A stretch of DNA of 64,000 nucleotides from an uncultured bacterium. Its GTDB lineage: Bacteria; Verrucomicrobiota; Kiritimatiellia; CAIKKV01; CALHGX01. The notes under the pieces are model-generated. The model worked only from the letters and a program-made list of their open reading frames with translations, searched no databases and was not told the origin of the DNA. The position numbers and the translations under genes are program-made. Below are positions 38,405 through 47,886 of the stretch, piece by piece. The stretch covers positions 15,787-79,786 of the forward strand of contig CALHGX010000008.1 of assembly GCA_938031185.1 (NCBI GenBank), written 5' to 3'. Position 1 is the stretch's first letter, and each line of letters starts with the position of its first letter.

Positions 38405-40485
38405 CGTATCTTGTTTGCCTCGCGGCGCTTGCGGATGATTTCTTCGGCGAGCGAGTACGGCACGGCCTCATAGTGCTCGAATTGCATGGTGAAGCTCGCG
38501 CGCCCCTGCGAGATGGTGCGGACGGTTCCCGCGTAGCCGAACATTTCGCTCAGCGGCACCAGTCCCCGAATCACCTTCTGATCGCCGGATTCGTCCATGG
38601 CTTCGATCCGGCCCCGCCGCTGGCAGATGGAGCCTGACACCGCGCCCATGTAGTCGTCCGGCGTGGTGACTTCGACGGACATGATCGGTTCAAGAATCTC
38701 CGGCTTGGACTGGAGGAAAAGCTGGCGGAAGCACTGCCAGGCGGCCTCCCGGAAGGCGTGCTCGTTGGAGTCCACTTCGTGGAACGTTCCATCGAAGACG
38801 GTGACGCGCATGTCCACCACCGGATAACCGGCATACGGGCCGCGTTCCATAGCGCGAATGACGCCCTTTTCGACCGCCGGAATAAACTGCGCTGGAATTC
38901 GCCCCCCGCGCACCTCGTTCACAAACTCGAACCCCGCGCCAGGGCCAAGTGGCTCCAGCCGCATGCATACATGCGCATATTGTCCGCGGCCGCCGCTTTG
39001 CTTCACATGCTTGTATTCTCCTTCCGTCTCCACAGTGCCCGTTTCTCGATAGGCGACCTCCGGCCGGCCGATTTCGGCGATGACGCCATGCTCGCGCTTC
39101 ATCCGGTCCACGAGAATTTCCAGGTGCAGCTCGCCCATGCCCGAAATGACGGTTTCCTTGGTTTCGTCGTCGAACCCGACCACGAACGTCGGATCCTCGT
39201 CCGCCAGCGAGTGTAAGGCGGCGGACATCTTTTCGTCATCCGAACGGCTGGCCGGGCGGATGCTGATGGACATCACGGGGGACGGGAACTCGATGGATTC
39301 CAGCGTGATCGGGTTCTCCGCGCAGCACAGGGTGTCGCCCGTCTTGGTGCGTTGCAGGCCGACGAGGGCGACAATGTCGCCGCAGCGAGCCTCTTCGAGA
39401 GCTTCCTGGCGGTTGGCGTGCATGCGCAGGATGCGGCCGACGCGTTGTTCGACGTTCTGCGTGCTGTTGAGCACCGTTGCGCCGGTCGCGATGCGTCCGG
39501 AATACACGCGGGCGTAGACGAATTTCCCCATGTGTTTGTCGGCGGCGATTTTGAAGGCGAGGGCGGAAAACGGCTCATCTTCCGAATGGCAGCGGCGGGC
39601 TTCGGTGTCGCCTTTCCAGCCGATGATCGGGGGGATGTCCTGCGGGGAGGGCAAGAAGTGCACGACACCGTCGAGCAGCCGCTGAATGCCCTTATTCTTG
39701 AAGGCTGAACCGCAGAAGACGGGAATTACCCGCCGGGCAATAGTGGCCTTGCGGATGATGCCGAGAATCTCGTCCTGCTCCAGATCGCCATGCTCCAAAA
39801 ACTTCTCGAGCAGCGTGTCGCATTGCTCGGCGCATTTTTCCACCAGATGGGCGCGCCAGTGGCGGGCGGTTTGCGTCAGGTTCGCGGGAATCGGCTCCTC
39901 GTGAAACGTGCGGCCGCGGTCACTTTCGTCGTAGATAAGGGCCTTCATCGTGATCAGGTCCACCAGCCCCCGGAAGTTTTCTTCGGCGCCGATGGGGATG
40001 ACCACTGGAACCGCATTGGCGCCAAGGGTGCCTTGTATTTCCTGAACGACCTCGAAGAAGTCTGCGCCGGTTCGATCCATCTTGTTGACGAACGCGATCT
40101 TGGGCACGTTGTATTTCTCGCTTTGTCGCCAAACCTGCTCGGACTGCGGCTGTACGCCGCCGACAGCGCAGAACAGCGCCACAGCGCCGTCCAGGACGCG
40201 CAGGCTGCGCTCCACTTCGGCCGTGAAATCCACATGACCGGGGGTGTCAATAAGCGTGATGCGGTGCCCCAGCCACTCTGTGGTGGTGGCCGCGGAGGTG
40301 ATGGTGATGCCCCGCTCCTGCTCCTGCTCCATCCAGTCCATGGTGGCGGTGCCGTCGTGGACTTCGCCCAGCTTGTAGGTCTTTCCGGAGTAGTAAAGGA
40401 TACGCTCGCTGACGGTGGTTTTGCCGGCGTCAATGTGCGCCATGATCCCGATGTTTCGAATGCTCGATAGCGGAAGTTTGTCCAT
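38401..40485 (-). CDS. fusA: elongation factor G (stand-alone copy, not in an rpsL-rpsG-fusA-tuf context)
   Basis: [21 protein letters not shown] and five-domain length (694 aa). The ATG at 40485 is preceded by GAAGGG 7 nt upstream. Confidence 0.9.
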   Translation of the reverse strand: MDKLPLSSIRNIGIMAHIDAGKTTVSERILYYSGKTYKLGEVHDGTATMDWMEQEQERGITITSAATTTEWLGHRITLIDTPGHVDFTAEVERSLRVLDGAVALFCAVGGVQPQSEQVWRQSEKYNVPKIAFVNKMDRTGADFFEVVQEIQGTLGANAVPVVIPIGAEENFRGLVDLITMKALIYDESDRGRTFHEEPIPANLTQTARHWRAHLVEKCAEQCDTLLEKFLEHGDLEQDEILGIIRKATIARRVIPVFCGSAFKNKGIQRLLDGVVHFLPSPQDIPPIIGWKGDTEARRCHSEDEPFSALAFKIAADKHMGKFVYARVYSGRIATGATVLNSTQNVEQRVGRILRMHANRQEALEEARCGDIVALVGLQRTKTGDTLCCAENPITLESIEFPSPVMSISIRPASRSDDEKMSAALHSLADEDPTFVVGFDDETKETVISGMGELHLEILVDRMKREHGVIAEIGRPEVAYRETGTVETEGEYKHVKQSGGRGQYAHVCMRLEPLGPGAGFEFVNEVRGGRIPAQFIPAVEKGVIRAMERGPYAGYPVVDMRVTVFDGTFHEVDSNEHAFREAAWQCFRQLFLQSKPEILEPIMSVEVTTPDDYMGAVSGSICQRRGRIEAMDESGDQKVIRGLVPLSEMFGYAGTVRTISQGRASFTMQFEHYEAVPYSLAEEIIRKRREANKIR

Positions 40486-41176
40486 AATCCAACCCTTCAT
40501 GCCTTCCAAAATCCACATTTGTCCGAACTGCGGCCCGCGGACTCAAACGCGGGGGGGTCCAGCCGGAATCCGACGGATCAGGAAAAGGCGGCGCACTATG
40601 AACGCTTCCGATGTTGGCGTCAAGCGCGGACAGAGTGGCCAACCGGCGCTACCAATCGCGTCGTGAGCTTGCTGTAGGTTGGCGGCGGTGCCTGATCGGG
40701 CGTCGGCGTTAGGGGGGGAATATGAACGAATCGAACTGTCTGTGAGGCGGAAATGCGGCGGTTTGAAGAAGAGGACAAGAAGTCTCCACCGCCCGAAGGC
40801 GCGAGCATCCCTTTTCGGGAAGGACCTTCTGCAAGGATTGGACAGGGATGCCTCATCTGGCGTGACGCGTTGGCGCCGATATTGCTTGCGGCGGAACTGC
40901 CATCCGAGGCGGAACGCGTGGAAAGCTCCGGCGCAAGTCGTATGAGATGAGATGTGTGGCGATGAATCGCAGCAGCCGTCTCGTTGGCGTTAACGCCTTT
41001 CAGGACGATCTGAATCGGGCGAAAGCGGCGAGAATCCGTTTCCGTTGCGAGTCGACGTCCGGGGCTACGAACTTCAGTCTCATTGACTAAGGCGACCAGC
41101 TGGCGAACGAGGTGGCGTTGCGCGAGGCATTGCCGGCATGGTCTTTATTTCATTCATAGGCAGGCGGAAAAAGGGA

Positions 41177-41204
41177 TGGACAGCGGGATGACATGTGGTA
41201 TCAT
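41177..41204 (+). promoter_or_regulatory. candidate extended -10 promoter (TGGACA-16 nt incl. TG-TATCAT) for the MshEN-like gene
   Basis: -35 at 41177-41182, TG at 41196-41197, -10 at 41199-41204. Followed by RBS GGGAGGAG and the ATG at 41247. Consensus matching only. Confidence 0.35.
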
Positions 41205-41246
41205 GGCCACCAGGGCGGTTCGAGCAGTCGTGGGAGGAGAACGGAC

Positions 41247-41483
41247 ATGGCGACGCCTTCTTCATCCGCGGAAAAAAAGCTGGGCGAGATTCTGGTTGAG
41301 AGCGGGCACCTAACTTTGGCGCAGTTGGAAGAGGCGTTGGCCGTCCAGGCACGCGAAGGCGAAATACGCCGCCGACTTGGGCAGATACTGGTGTCGCGGG
41401 GGCACTGCACCATGGCTCAGGTACAGGTGGCACTCGCGAAGCAGCGCGCCTTGAGAGCCGCTCGACCGCGCGCCGTGTTCTGA
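41247..41483 (+). CDS. stand-alone MshEN / T2SSE_N-like domain protein (78 aa)
   Basis: RBS GGGAGGAG 7 nt upstream. Two tandem 24-residue motifs: KLGEILVESGHLTLAQLEEALAVQ and RLGQILVSRGHCTMAQVQVALAKQ. They match the MshEN consensus RLGxx(LVI)(LVI)xxG(LVI)(LVI)xxxxLxxxLxxQ, with H at the first hydrophobic position after G in both copies plus C at the next position and V for the first L in copy 2. Confidence 0.6.
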   Translation: MATPSSSAEKKLGEILVESGHLTLAQLEEALAVQAREGEIRRRLGQILVSRGHCTMAQVQVALAKQRALRAARPRAVF

Positions 41484-41644
41484 TCGAGCGCCGATCCGGT
41501 GCGCCCTGACGGCAAGCCGTTTCGCATTCAGTACGTCTTTCCGGCGCCTGCACGTCTTCGTTGCAATTCACTTCTTTTCCGTATACTTTGCTTCACGCCT
41601 TTTTGAAAGCGACAGGAGTCCAAGAGGGAAGGCGGACGAATCAG

Positions 41645-42802
41645 ATGAGCGAGAAAACCGTTGGAATCGGCTTGATCGGTACTGGCGCGATGGGGATGGG
41701 ATTGGTCCGGCTGCTTATGGCGAAGAATCAACGGCTGCAGGTGCGGGCGATTTTTGATCCGGACGAACGGTCCCTGCGAGCGGCGAAGGAAAGCATCGGA
41801 GAACATGTCGACGTGTATGACGACTACCGCGCGCTGGTGCGGCGCAAGGACATCGAATGGGTCATGATCGCCTCTTGGAACTGTTTTCATGCCGAACAAA
41901 CGAAAGCAGCTTTCCAAGCGGGCAAACATGTATTCTGCCAGAAGCCGTTGGCATTGTCCGTGGCGGAGTGCGTGGCGATGAAGAAGGCGTGGGAGCGCAG
42001 CGGCCGGATGTTCAACATTGGCTTCACGCTGCGGTATTCGCCGCACTACCGCAAGTTGCGTGAAATGATCAGCGGGGGCGCGGTGGGCCGCATCATTAGC
42101 ATGGAATTCAACGAAACGCTGGATTTTAACCATGGCGGTTACATCATGGGAGATTGGCGGCGGCTTCGGAAATATGCCGGAACGCATTTGCTTGAGAAAT
42201 GCTGTCACGATATTGATCTTGCAAACTGGATGGTCGGCAGCCGGGCGAAGCGCGTGGCGTCATTTGGGGGACTGGACTTCTTCCGGCCGGAGAATGCCTA
42301 TCACATCGAACGGCTCGGAAAGGACGCCGCAGGGCGGGAAGCGTATCGGACGTGGGGCGGACTGATTGCGCTCAATCCGTTCACATCCGACAAGGATATT
42401 TTCGATAACCAGGTGGCCATCATCGAGTTTGAGAACGGCGTGCGCGCCACCTTCCACACGAACTGCAACGCGGGCATTCCGGAACGGCGAATGTACGTTC
42501 TGGGGACAGAAGGCGCGATTCGGGCGGACGTTCTGACGGGGACCATTCAGTTCCGTCGCATTGGGTTCAATACCGAGACCGAGGAAGTCTCTGCAGGGGT
42601 GAAAGGCGGACACGGCGGCGGCGACGAGCACATGGCCTCGGAGCTGGCGGCGAGCATGCTGGAAGGCGTTCCGCCGAGCGCCGGTTTGATGGAGGGGTTG
42701 ATCTCCGCCGTCACCTGCTTCGGGATTGACCGGGCCGCGGACACGGGGCGCGTGGTGGACATGACGCCGTACTGGCGGCGCGTGGGGCTGGCCACGATAT
42801 GA
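41645..42802 (+). CDS. Gfo/Idh/MocA family NAD(P)-dependent oxidoreductase
   Basis: VGIGLIGTGAMG Rossmann motif. HVFCQKPLA (EKP-type) motif. 385 aa. Confidence 0.85.
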   Translation: MSEKTVGIGLIGTGAMGMGLVRLLMAKNQRLQVRAIFDPDERSLRAAKESIGEHVDVYDDYRALVRRKDIEWVMIASWNCFHAEQTKAAFQAGKHVFCQKPLALSVAECVAMKKAWERSGRMFNIGFTLRYSPHYRKLREMISGGAVGRIISMEFNETLDFNHGGYIMGDWRRLRKYAGTHLLEKCCHDIDLANWMVGSRAKRVASFGGLDFFRPENAYHIERLGKDAAGREAYRTWGGLIALNPFTSDKDIFDNQVAIIEFENGVRATFHTNCNAGIPERRMYVLGTEGAIRADVLTGTIQFRRIGFNTETEEVSAGVKGGHGGGDEHMASELAASMLEGVPPSAGLMEGLISAVTCFGIDRAADTGRVVDMTPYWRRVGLATI

Positions 42803-42820
42803 CGCGGCGGTGGATGGGGC

Positions 42821-44143
42821 TTAAGCGAGCCGAAGCCACGAGTTCACTTGCGGGCTCCACCCGGACATATTGATGGCCACGGGCAGCAGGATGACGCCGA
42901 GGGCGTTCAAGCGGCGGGAGCCGAAGACGAGCGGGATCAAGCCGATGCCGGCTGCCACTGTCGTGATGGCCAGACCCCACGGACCGGTCAGTGCGGTCGT
43001 CAACGCCACCGAAAGCGCCAAGGATGCGGCGGCGATGAGGCGCAGGTTTAGTCGAGCGGCATGACGGGCGATCAGGCGGCTTAACCCATCGAGGGCCAGA
43101 AAGGCGAAGGCGGCGCCAATCAGCGCGGCTCCTGCTGCGGAGAGAAACACGGCCAGCCCCGTGTCGCGCACCAACGGACGAAGCAGCCAAACGGCGCCAC
43201 CGCGGGTCCAACCGAGTTGCGGGAGGAGGAAGACCAGCAGTCCCGCGATGTAGTAGACGGCCTTGCAGGCGCCCTGTGCCACAAGGAATACTCTTTCGTC
43301 TCTTGTGCCGGTGGCATGGCCCGCCAGAAGGCCGCCAACCCCTCCGGTGACGGCCGGAACAGCAGCCGCAACCAGGCCGCCGAGCAGGCCAGACCCGACG
43401 CCCCGCAGCAGCACGCGGGCTTCCATTCCCCAGACCGGGCGTTCCCGTTGGGGCGGCAGCCGGGCCCGACTGAGACAGGAGAGAATGAGGCCGGGCACGG
43501 CAAAGAGACCGACAAACGCAGGCATTAGGTTCTGGAAGGCCGCCGATGCGGGCACGGGGGGGCGGTGGAACAAAATGATGCCGAGGAAGCCGGAAAGAAC
43601 AAAGGTGGCCAGGCCAGCGCCAACGCCCGTCCAACCGGCGAGAACCTTGCGCCACCCGCCGGGTCCTATGGGCCTTGCTCGGGGCCATTCGGACATCAGA
43701 AGCCACACGATCAGGCACCAGAGGATCCAATGATAGTGCGGACGCAAGAGATTGTGCATTGCCGCCAAGAGCGGCGTGGCGGCCGGCAAAGCGGCGACCA
43801 GGACTGGCAGCGCGCACAGCGCACCCGCGGCGGTGAGCAAAATGGCCTCGCGGCCGCGCCCCTCGCGGCAGAAAACCTGAGAAGGCTGGACGATCAGGGT
43901 CGCGCTTTCGTCGGGCGCCGTCAACAAGATGGCGGGTAGCGCATTGACGATGGACCAGGATGTGAGGGCCGCGGTGGCGAACGGAACTACTTCTGGCGTC
44001 GAGAGACATCCGCTGGCCGCGAACACGACACATGCGGCGGCGCCCGCTCCATAGATGTGGAACCCGGGCAGGCAGCCCAGCAGGCAGCCTGCTACGGATC
44101 CGCTGGCGGTGGCCAGCAGGCCTCCGGCTAGTCCTTCCGGCAT
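42821..44143 (-). CDS. polytopic membrane protein, DUF112/TctA-like permease family (tentative)
   Basis: 440 aa from the internal ATG MPEGLAGG. At least 10 hydrophobic helices. Repeated G-x-x-PG/GG-rich helix starts (LLGCLPGFHIYGAG, GLLGGLVAAAVPAVTGGVGG) reminiscent of TctA/DUF112. 16-nt overlap with the CDF gene. Confidence 0.45.
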   Translation of the reverse strand: MPEGLAGGLLATASGSVAGCLLGCLPGFHIYGAGAAACVVFAASGCLSTPEVVPFATAALTSWSIVNALPAILLTAPDESATLIVQPSQVFCREGRGREAILLTAAGALCALPVLVAALPAATPLLAAMHNLLRPHYHWILWCLIVWLLMSEWPRARPIGPGGWRKVLAGWTGVGAGLATFVLSGFLGIILFHRPPVPASAAFQNLMPAFVGLFAVPGLILSCLSRARLPPQRERPVWGMEARVLLRGVGSGLLGGLVAAAVPAVTGGVGGLLAGHATGTRDERVFLVAQGACKAVYYIAGLLVFLLPQLGWTRGGAVWLLRPLVRDTGLAVFLSAAGAALIGAAFAFLALDGLSRLIARHAARLNLRLIAAASLALSVALTTALTGPWGLAITTVAAGIGLIPLVFGSRRLNALGVILLPVAINMSGWSPQVNSWLRLA

Positions 44144-45069
44144 GCGACACCTCCGGTTTCCGATTCGCCGCGCCCGGCATGGCCGTCCGTGGGGTGATAG
44201 TGCACGTAGACACGGCGGACCAACCCCATTTCCTCCCGAAGGTGCCCTTCGAGTTCGGTGGCAATGCGGTCGCCTTCGGCCACGGACAGGGAGCCGTTCA
44301 CACCGATAATCAGGTTGAGCATCAAATAGGGGCCGAAGCGATGCGCGCTGATTTCCTCCAACTTCTCGACGCCCGGCACGCGCCGGGCCAGGGCCGTTAC
44401 CTGTTCGGCGATGACACGGCCGGGGACGGTATCCATCAAATCGGCGGATGTATCCCGGAGAATGGAAATCCCGCTCCACAGCACCGCCAGCGCGACAAAC
44501 GCGCCCGTCAGCGGGTCCATCCACGGCCAGCCGGCGCGGCCGAAGAAGATGCCGATGGCCACGCCGGCGGCGGAGAGAATGTCGTTGCGATGGTCATCCG
44601 CGAGCGCAAGAACGGCGGCATGGCCCGTACGGCGGCCCACGCGGCGGGTGAAGCAAGCAAGGAGAATCTTTAGAACCACCGTGAATAGCGCGGCCCACAG
44701 GGCGGATCGCGAGGCGCCGCCCGATTCGGCCGTCCGGATCCAAAGCGTGTGCGCGTCGCGAATGGCGCCCCAGAATATGGCCACCGCAGTGGTGATGATG
44801 AAGCAGCCGACGACCATGGCGGAGATGCTTTCGAGCTGCGAATGGCCATAGGGGTGCTCCTCATCCGGCGGCTTCCGCGAGAAGTGCATGAAGATTTTGA
44901 CGACGAGATAGTAAGCGACATCCGAGGTCGAATTGATTCCGTCGGCCAGCAGCGCCGAACTGCGCCCCAAGATGCCAACGGTCATTTTCACCGCAGCCAA
45001 CAGCATATTGGCGGCGAGCCCAATATTGACAGCGCGGGTGGCGGTTCTGTGGCGTCGTTGCTCGGGCAC
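44128..45069 (-). CDS. cation diffusion facilitator (CDF) family divalent-metal efflux transporter
   Basis: LLADGINSTSDV and EEHPYGHSQLE motifs. Six TM helices plus a C-terminal cytoplasmic domain. Confidence 0.85.
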   Translation of the reverse strand: MPEQRRHRTATRAVNIGLAANMLLAAVKMTVGILGRSSALLADGINSTSDVAYYLVVKIFMHFSRKPPDEEHPYGHSQLESISAMVVGCFIITTAVAIFWGAIRDAHTLWIRTAESGGASRSALWAALFTVVLKILLACFTRRVGRRTGHAAVLALADDHRNDILSAAGVAIGIFFGRAGWPWMDPLTGAFVALAVLWSGISILRDTSADLMDTVPGRVIAEQVTALARRVPGVEKLEEISAHRFGPYLMLNLIIGVNGSLSVAEGDRIATELEGHLREEMGLVRRVYVHYHPTDGHAGRGESETGGVACRKD

Positions 45070-45076
45070 GGCAGGA

Positions 45077-45598
45077 CTAGTCCGTATCAGGGGTGGTTTT
45101 TCGTGTGGCTTCCATCAAGTGGGCGTAAATGCGGTAATCACCGGGGCCGGTTACGACCAAACGACCCGCCACTTCCACCGGGTCGCCGCAGCGCAGCGGA
45201 GGATCAAGCGCCAGCAGGCTTTGGAGGGCGGGCCCACGGGGAATGACCAGCACATTCAACTCTCCTTCAGCCATGCGGAAAGAGAAAGAGCGAGGCCGGT
45301 TCGGAGTCGTTTTGGAGGAGGGCGGTCGGGAGACGACACCGCGCGCTCGCAGTTGCGCGCCGTTCATTGTCGGAGTCAGAGCGCTGATGGGGATTAGCGT
45401 GGGGCGAGCGCGATGAGCTCCATGCCAAAGGATGGCGAGGCCGACAACGGCCGTGAGCAGCGCCACCCATCTCAGGGCGCGCAAGGTGACGCGGCCCTCG
45501 AGAGGCGCCTCGCAATACGGGCATTCGATGCCGGGGCCGACATAGCGGCCGCAGACGCCGCAACAACCTTCGGCGGGACGGGGGGCGGTGGAGGTCAT
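45077..45598 (-). CDS. zinc-ribbon / single-TM / OB-fold-like protein (173 aa), function unknown
   Basis: The ATG overlaps the upstream stop as ATGA. CCGVCGRYVGPGIECPYCEAP (CxxC...CxxC). TM LRWVALLTAVVGLAILW. C-terminal part LRARGVV...FSFRMAEGELNVLVIP...CGDPVEVAGRLVV has an OB-like strand pattern. Confidence 0.55.
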   Translation of the reverse strand: MTSTAPRPAEGCCGVCGRYVGPGIECPYCEAPLEGRVTLRALRWVALLTAVVGLAILWHGAHRARPTLIPISALTPTMNGAQLRARGVVSRPPSSKTTPNRPRSFSFRMAEGELNVLVIPRGPALQSLLALDPPLRCGDPVEVAGRLVVTGPGDYRIYAHLMEATRKTTPDTD

Positions 45599-46581
45599 AG
45601 CTTGCCCACGATGTTGGCCAGGATATCCTCGGCGGTGACCAGCCCTACCACGTTGCCGCGCGCGTCGGTGACGAGGCACAACGGCTGCCGGGACAGGCGC
45701 AGCCGGGGAAGGATTTCGGTGACCGGCGTGCTGTCCGGGACGAAAAGCGGGGGGCGCAACCACTGGGTCACGCGGGCGGCGGCATCGGGCGATTCGCGGG
45801 CCAGCACGTCGAAGAGGTTGACGGTGCCTTCAAAGGTTCCCCGTTCCTCGTTGAAAACCGGGAAACGGGTGAACGGCACCTGGCGGGCGGTTTGGAGGAA
45901 CTCGGCGACGGTATTGGTGGCTTGGACATAGCGGATGCGGTCGCGCGGGGTCATGATGTCCCGGGCGGTTTTCATGGAGAGATCGAGCACGCGGCGGATC
46001 ATGATGCGCTGGCGGTCCGACAGCGCGCCGTGGGCGGCGCCCTCGCGCGCCAGCAGATCAAGCTCTTCCTTGGTTGCAAACAGCGGTTGGGGCGCCTGCT
46101 CGATGATGGCGCCGGGAATCAGCCATTGCGTCAGCCAGTTGAAGGCCGCGGCAAACGGATGGAGTATTCGCGCCGACTGCTGCAGCAGTCCCGCGAAAAG
46201 GCTGCAGCGGGTGAGCGCGCGGCTTTGGAACCAGGCCTTGGGCAGGTATTCGCAGAAGATGAGGATCAAGCCCGTCATGACCACGCCGGCGATCGCCTGT
46301 CCGGTGGCGCCCGCGCCCCAACGAGAGAGCAGGCGGTGACCGAGGCTGGAGGCGAGAACCGACGCCATTACGATGCAAAGATTGGTCCCCACGAGGGTTG
46401 TGCCAAGGAGCCGGTCCGGATGGTCTAGAAAATCCTCGAGCACCCGAGCGGCGGGGCTGCCCTCCTGCGCGCGATGCCGCAGATGCATGCGGGGGATCGA
46501 AATCATGCCCGTTTCGATTCCGGCGTAGAACGCAGCGCCGGTCATGCACACGGCGATAGTGATGAGTTCACTCCACAGCAT
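45595..46581 (-). CDS. CNNM/DUF21 + CBS-pair transporter-like protein lacking a CorC_HlyC domain
   Basis: DUF21 TM block (FYAGIETGMISI...FCEYLPKA). CBS pair (ARDIMTPRDRI..., GLVTAEDILANIVG). The protein ends right after CBS2. Confidence 0.8.
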   Translation of the reverse strand: MLWSELITIAVCMTGAAFYAGIETGMISIPRMHLRHRAQEGSPAARVLEDFLDHPDRLLGTTLVGTNLCIVMASVLASSLGHRLLSRWGAGATGQAIAGVVMTGLILIFCEYLPKAWFQSRALTRCSLFAGLLQQSARILHPFAAAFNWLTQWLIPGAIIEQAPQPLFATKEELDLLAREGAAHGALSDRQRIMIRRVLDLSMKTARDIMTPRDRIRYVQATNTVAEFLQTARQVPFTRFPVFNEERGTFEGTVNLFDVLARESPDAAARVTQWLRPPLFVPDSTPVTEILPRLRLSRQPLCLVTDARGNVVGLVTAEDILANIVGKL

Positions 46582-47812
46582 CGGGTTTCTCCGCGTGGTT
46601 CGACTTCTCGATTTCGAGGGTGGTGATGCGATGTTGCTTCATGCGGATGACCGTGGCACGGCATTGCGGCGTTTCCACGACGTCGCCGACCTTGGGGATG
46701 CGACCGGTCTGGGCGGTAAACCAGCCGGCGATGCGATCGGCGCCTTCCGCGTCCAGGTGCAGGTCCAGTTCGTAGTTGATGTCTTCCAGGCTGACGGCGC
46801 CGTCCACCAGCCAGCGGTTAAGGCCCGCGGGCTCGATCCGCAGGCGATCCCCCTCGCGTTCCTCGACGTCCACGATTTCGTCCAGGATATCGTCGCGGGT
46901 GATCAGGCCGGCGGAACCGCCGAATTCGTCAATAACCACGGCCACCCGGCGATCCTGCTGCTGGAATATGGTGATCAGGGTGTCGAGCGACGCGGTATCG
47001 GGAACGTAGAAATGGGGGAACATCGCCGCCTTGAGATTCGGGACGGGCGCAAGCAGGAAACGCGGGACATCCAGAAAGCCTTCCACATGGTCCAGGCTGC
47101 CGCGATAGACCGGCAGGTAGTGGCGGCGGCTCCGGCGGGCCACATCCGCCTGCGTTTCGGGCGAGGCATTAAGATCGATGCCCACGACGTCCACCCGGGG
47201 GGTCATTACATCCTTCGCCTCCAGTTTTTCCAGCCGGATGATGCCGTCCACCATGATGCGCTCCTCCTCGCTGAGAATGCCCTCCTCATGACTGACCTCC
47301 ACGGCTGTGAGAAGTTCCGCGCCTGTCAGCAGCGGCTTGAACGGCTGCAGCGACTTGGAGAAACGGTCCGCGATGCGTTCCAGCATCCAGCGAGCCGGAC
47401 TCGACGCGCGGACCAAGGTCTGCAGCGGCGCGGCGTATTGCATGGCCAGCCACTCGGGGCGGCGTACCGCCATGCGCTTGGGCGCCACCTCGCCGAAAAG
47501 GATGATCAGGACCGTCATGGCGGCGATGGCGACCGTTTCGCCGTGGGCGGGAACCAGGCGATGCGCGATGGCGTATCCGACGCCGGACGCGGCGACGTTG
47601 ACCACAGTGTTGCCAATCAGGATGGTGGACAGCAGCCGGGTGGGGACGGCCAGGAGCTGTTCGACGGCCGCGGCGACCTTGGGATGGTGCCGGCGGATGC
47701 GATGGATGCGAGTGGGATTCAGGGAAAAGAAGGCCGTTTCCGCGCTTGAAAAGAAGGCGGACAAAACCAACAGCGAGAGCAACGCCGTGAAGAGGAGCAC
47801 AAGAAGCATCAT
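46568..47812 (-). CDS. CNNM/DUF21 + CBS-pair + CorC_HlyC protein (TlyC/CorC hemolysin-family)
   Basis: FFSSAETAFFSL...LFGEVAPKR. CBS pair (AKDVMTPRVDV, GLITRDDILDEIV). C-terminal transporter-associated domain (WLVDGAVSLEDIN...IAGWF). Start is the MM doublet at 47812. Confidence 0.85.
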   Translation of the reverse strand: MMLLVLLFTALLSLLVLSAFFSSAETAFFSLNPTRIHRIRRHHPKVAAAVEQLLAVPTRLLSTILIGNTVVNVAASGVGYAIAHRLVPAHGETVAIAAMTVLIILFGEVAPKRMAVRRPEWLAMQYAAPLQTLVRASSPARWMLERIADRFSKSLQPFKPLLTGAELLTAVEVSHEEGILSEEERIMVDGIIRLEKLEAKDVMTPRVDVVGIDLNASPETQADVARRSRRHYLPVYRGSLDHVEGFLDVPRFLLAPVPNLKAAMFPHFYVPDTASLDTLITIFQQQDRRVAVVIDEFGGSAGLITRDDILDEIVDVEEREGDRLRIEPAGLNRWLVDGAVSLEDINYELDLHLDAEGADRIAGWFTAQTGRIPKVGDVVETPQCRATVIRMKQHRITTLEIEKSNHAEKPDAVE

Positions 47813-47886
47813 GTTCTCTGCCGTTCGTTCGACGCGCCGCCGGTGCCGGCAGACACCGCGGGTTCGGGCAAAAGCCACTCGGCTTG

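Noticed and set aside
40679-40950. Small ORFs in the EF-G / MshEN gap (88 aa, 65 aa, and a 42-codon ORF at 40962..41090)
   Set aside because: Basic, low-complexity or featureless translations with weak or absent RBS and no family resemblance. Kept only as part of the non-coding-gap finding.
42711-44264. 517-aa minus-strand ORF in a different frame from the DUF112-like permease
   Set aside because: Extremely Arg/Pro/Gly-rich. The alternative frame (42821..44143) gives a coherent polytopic membrane protein.
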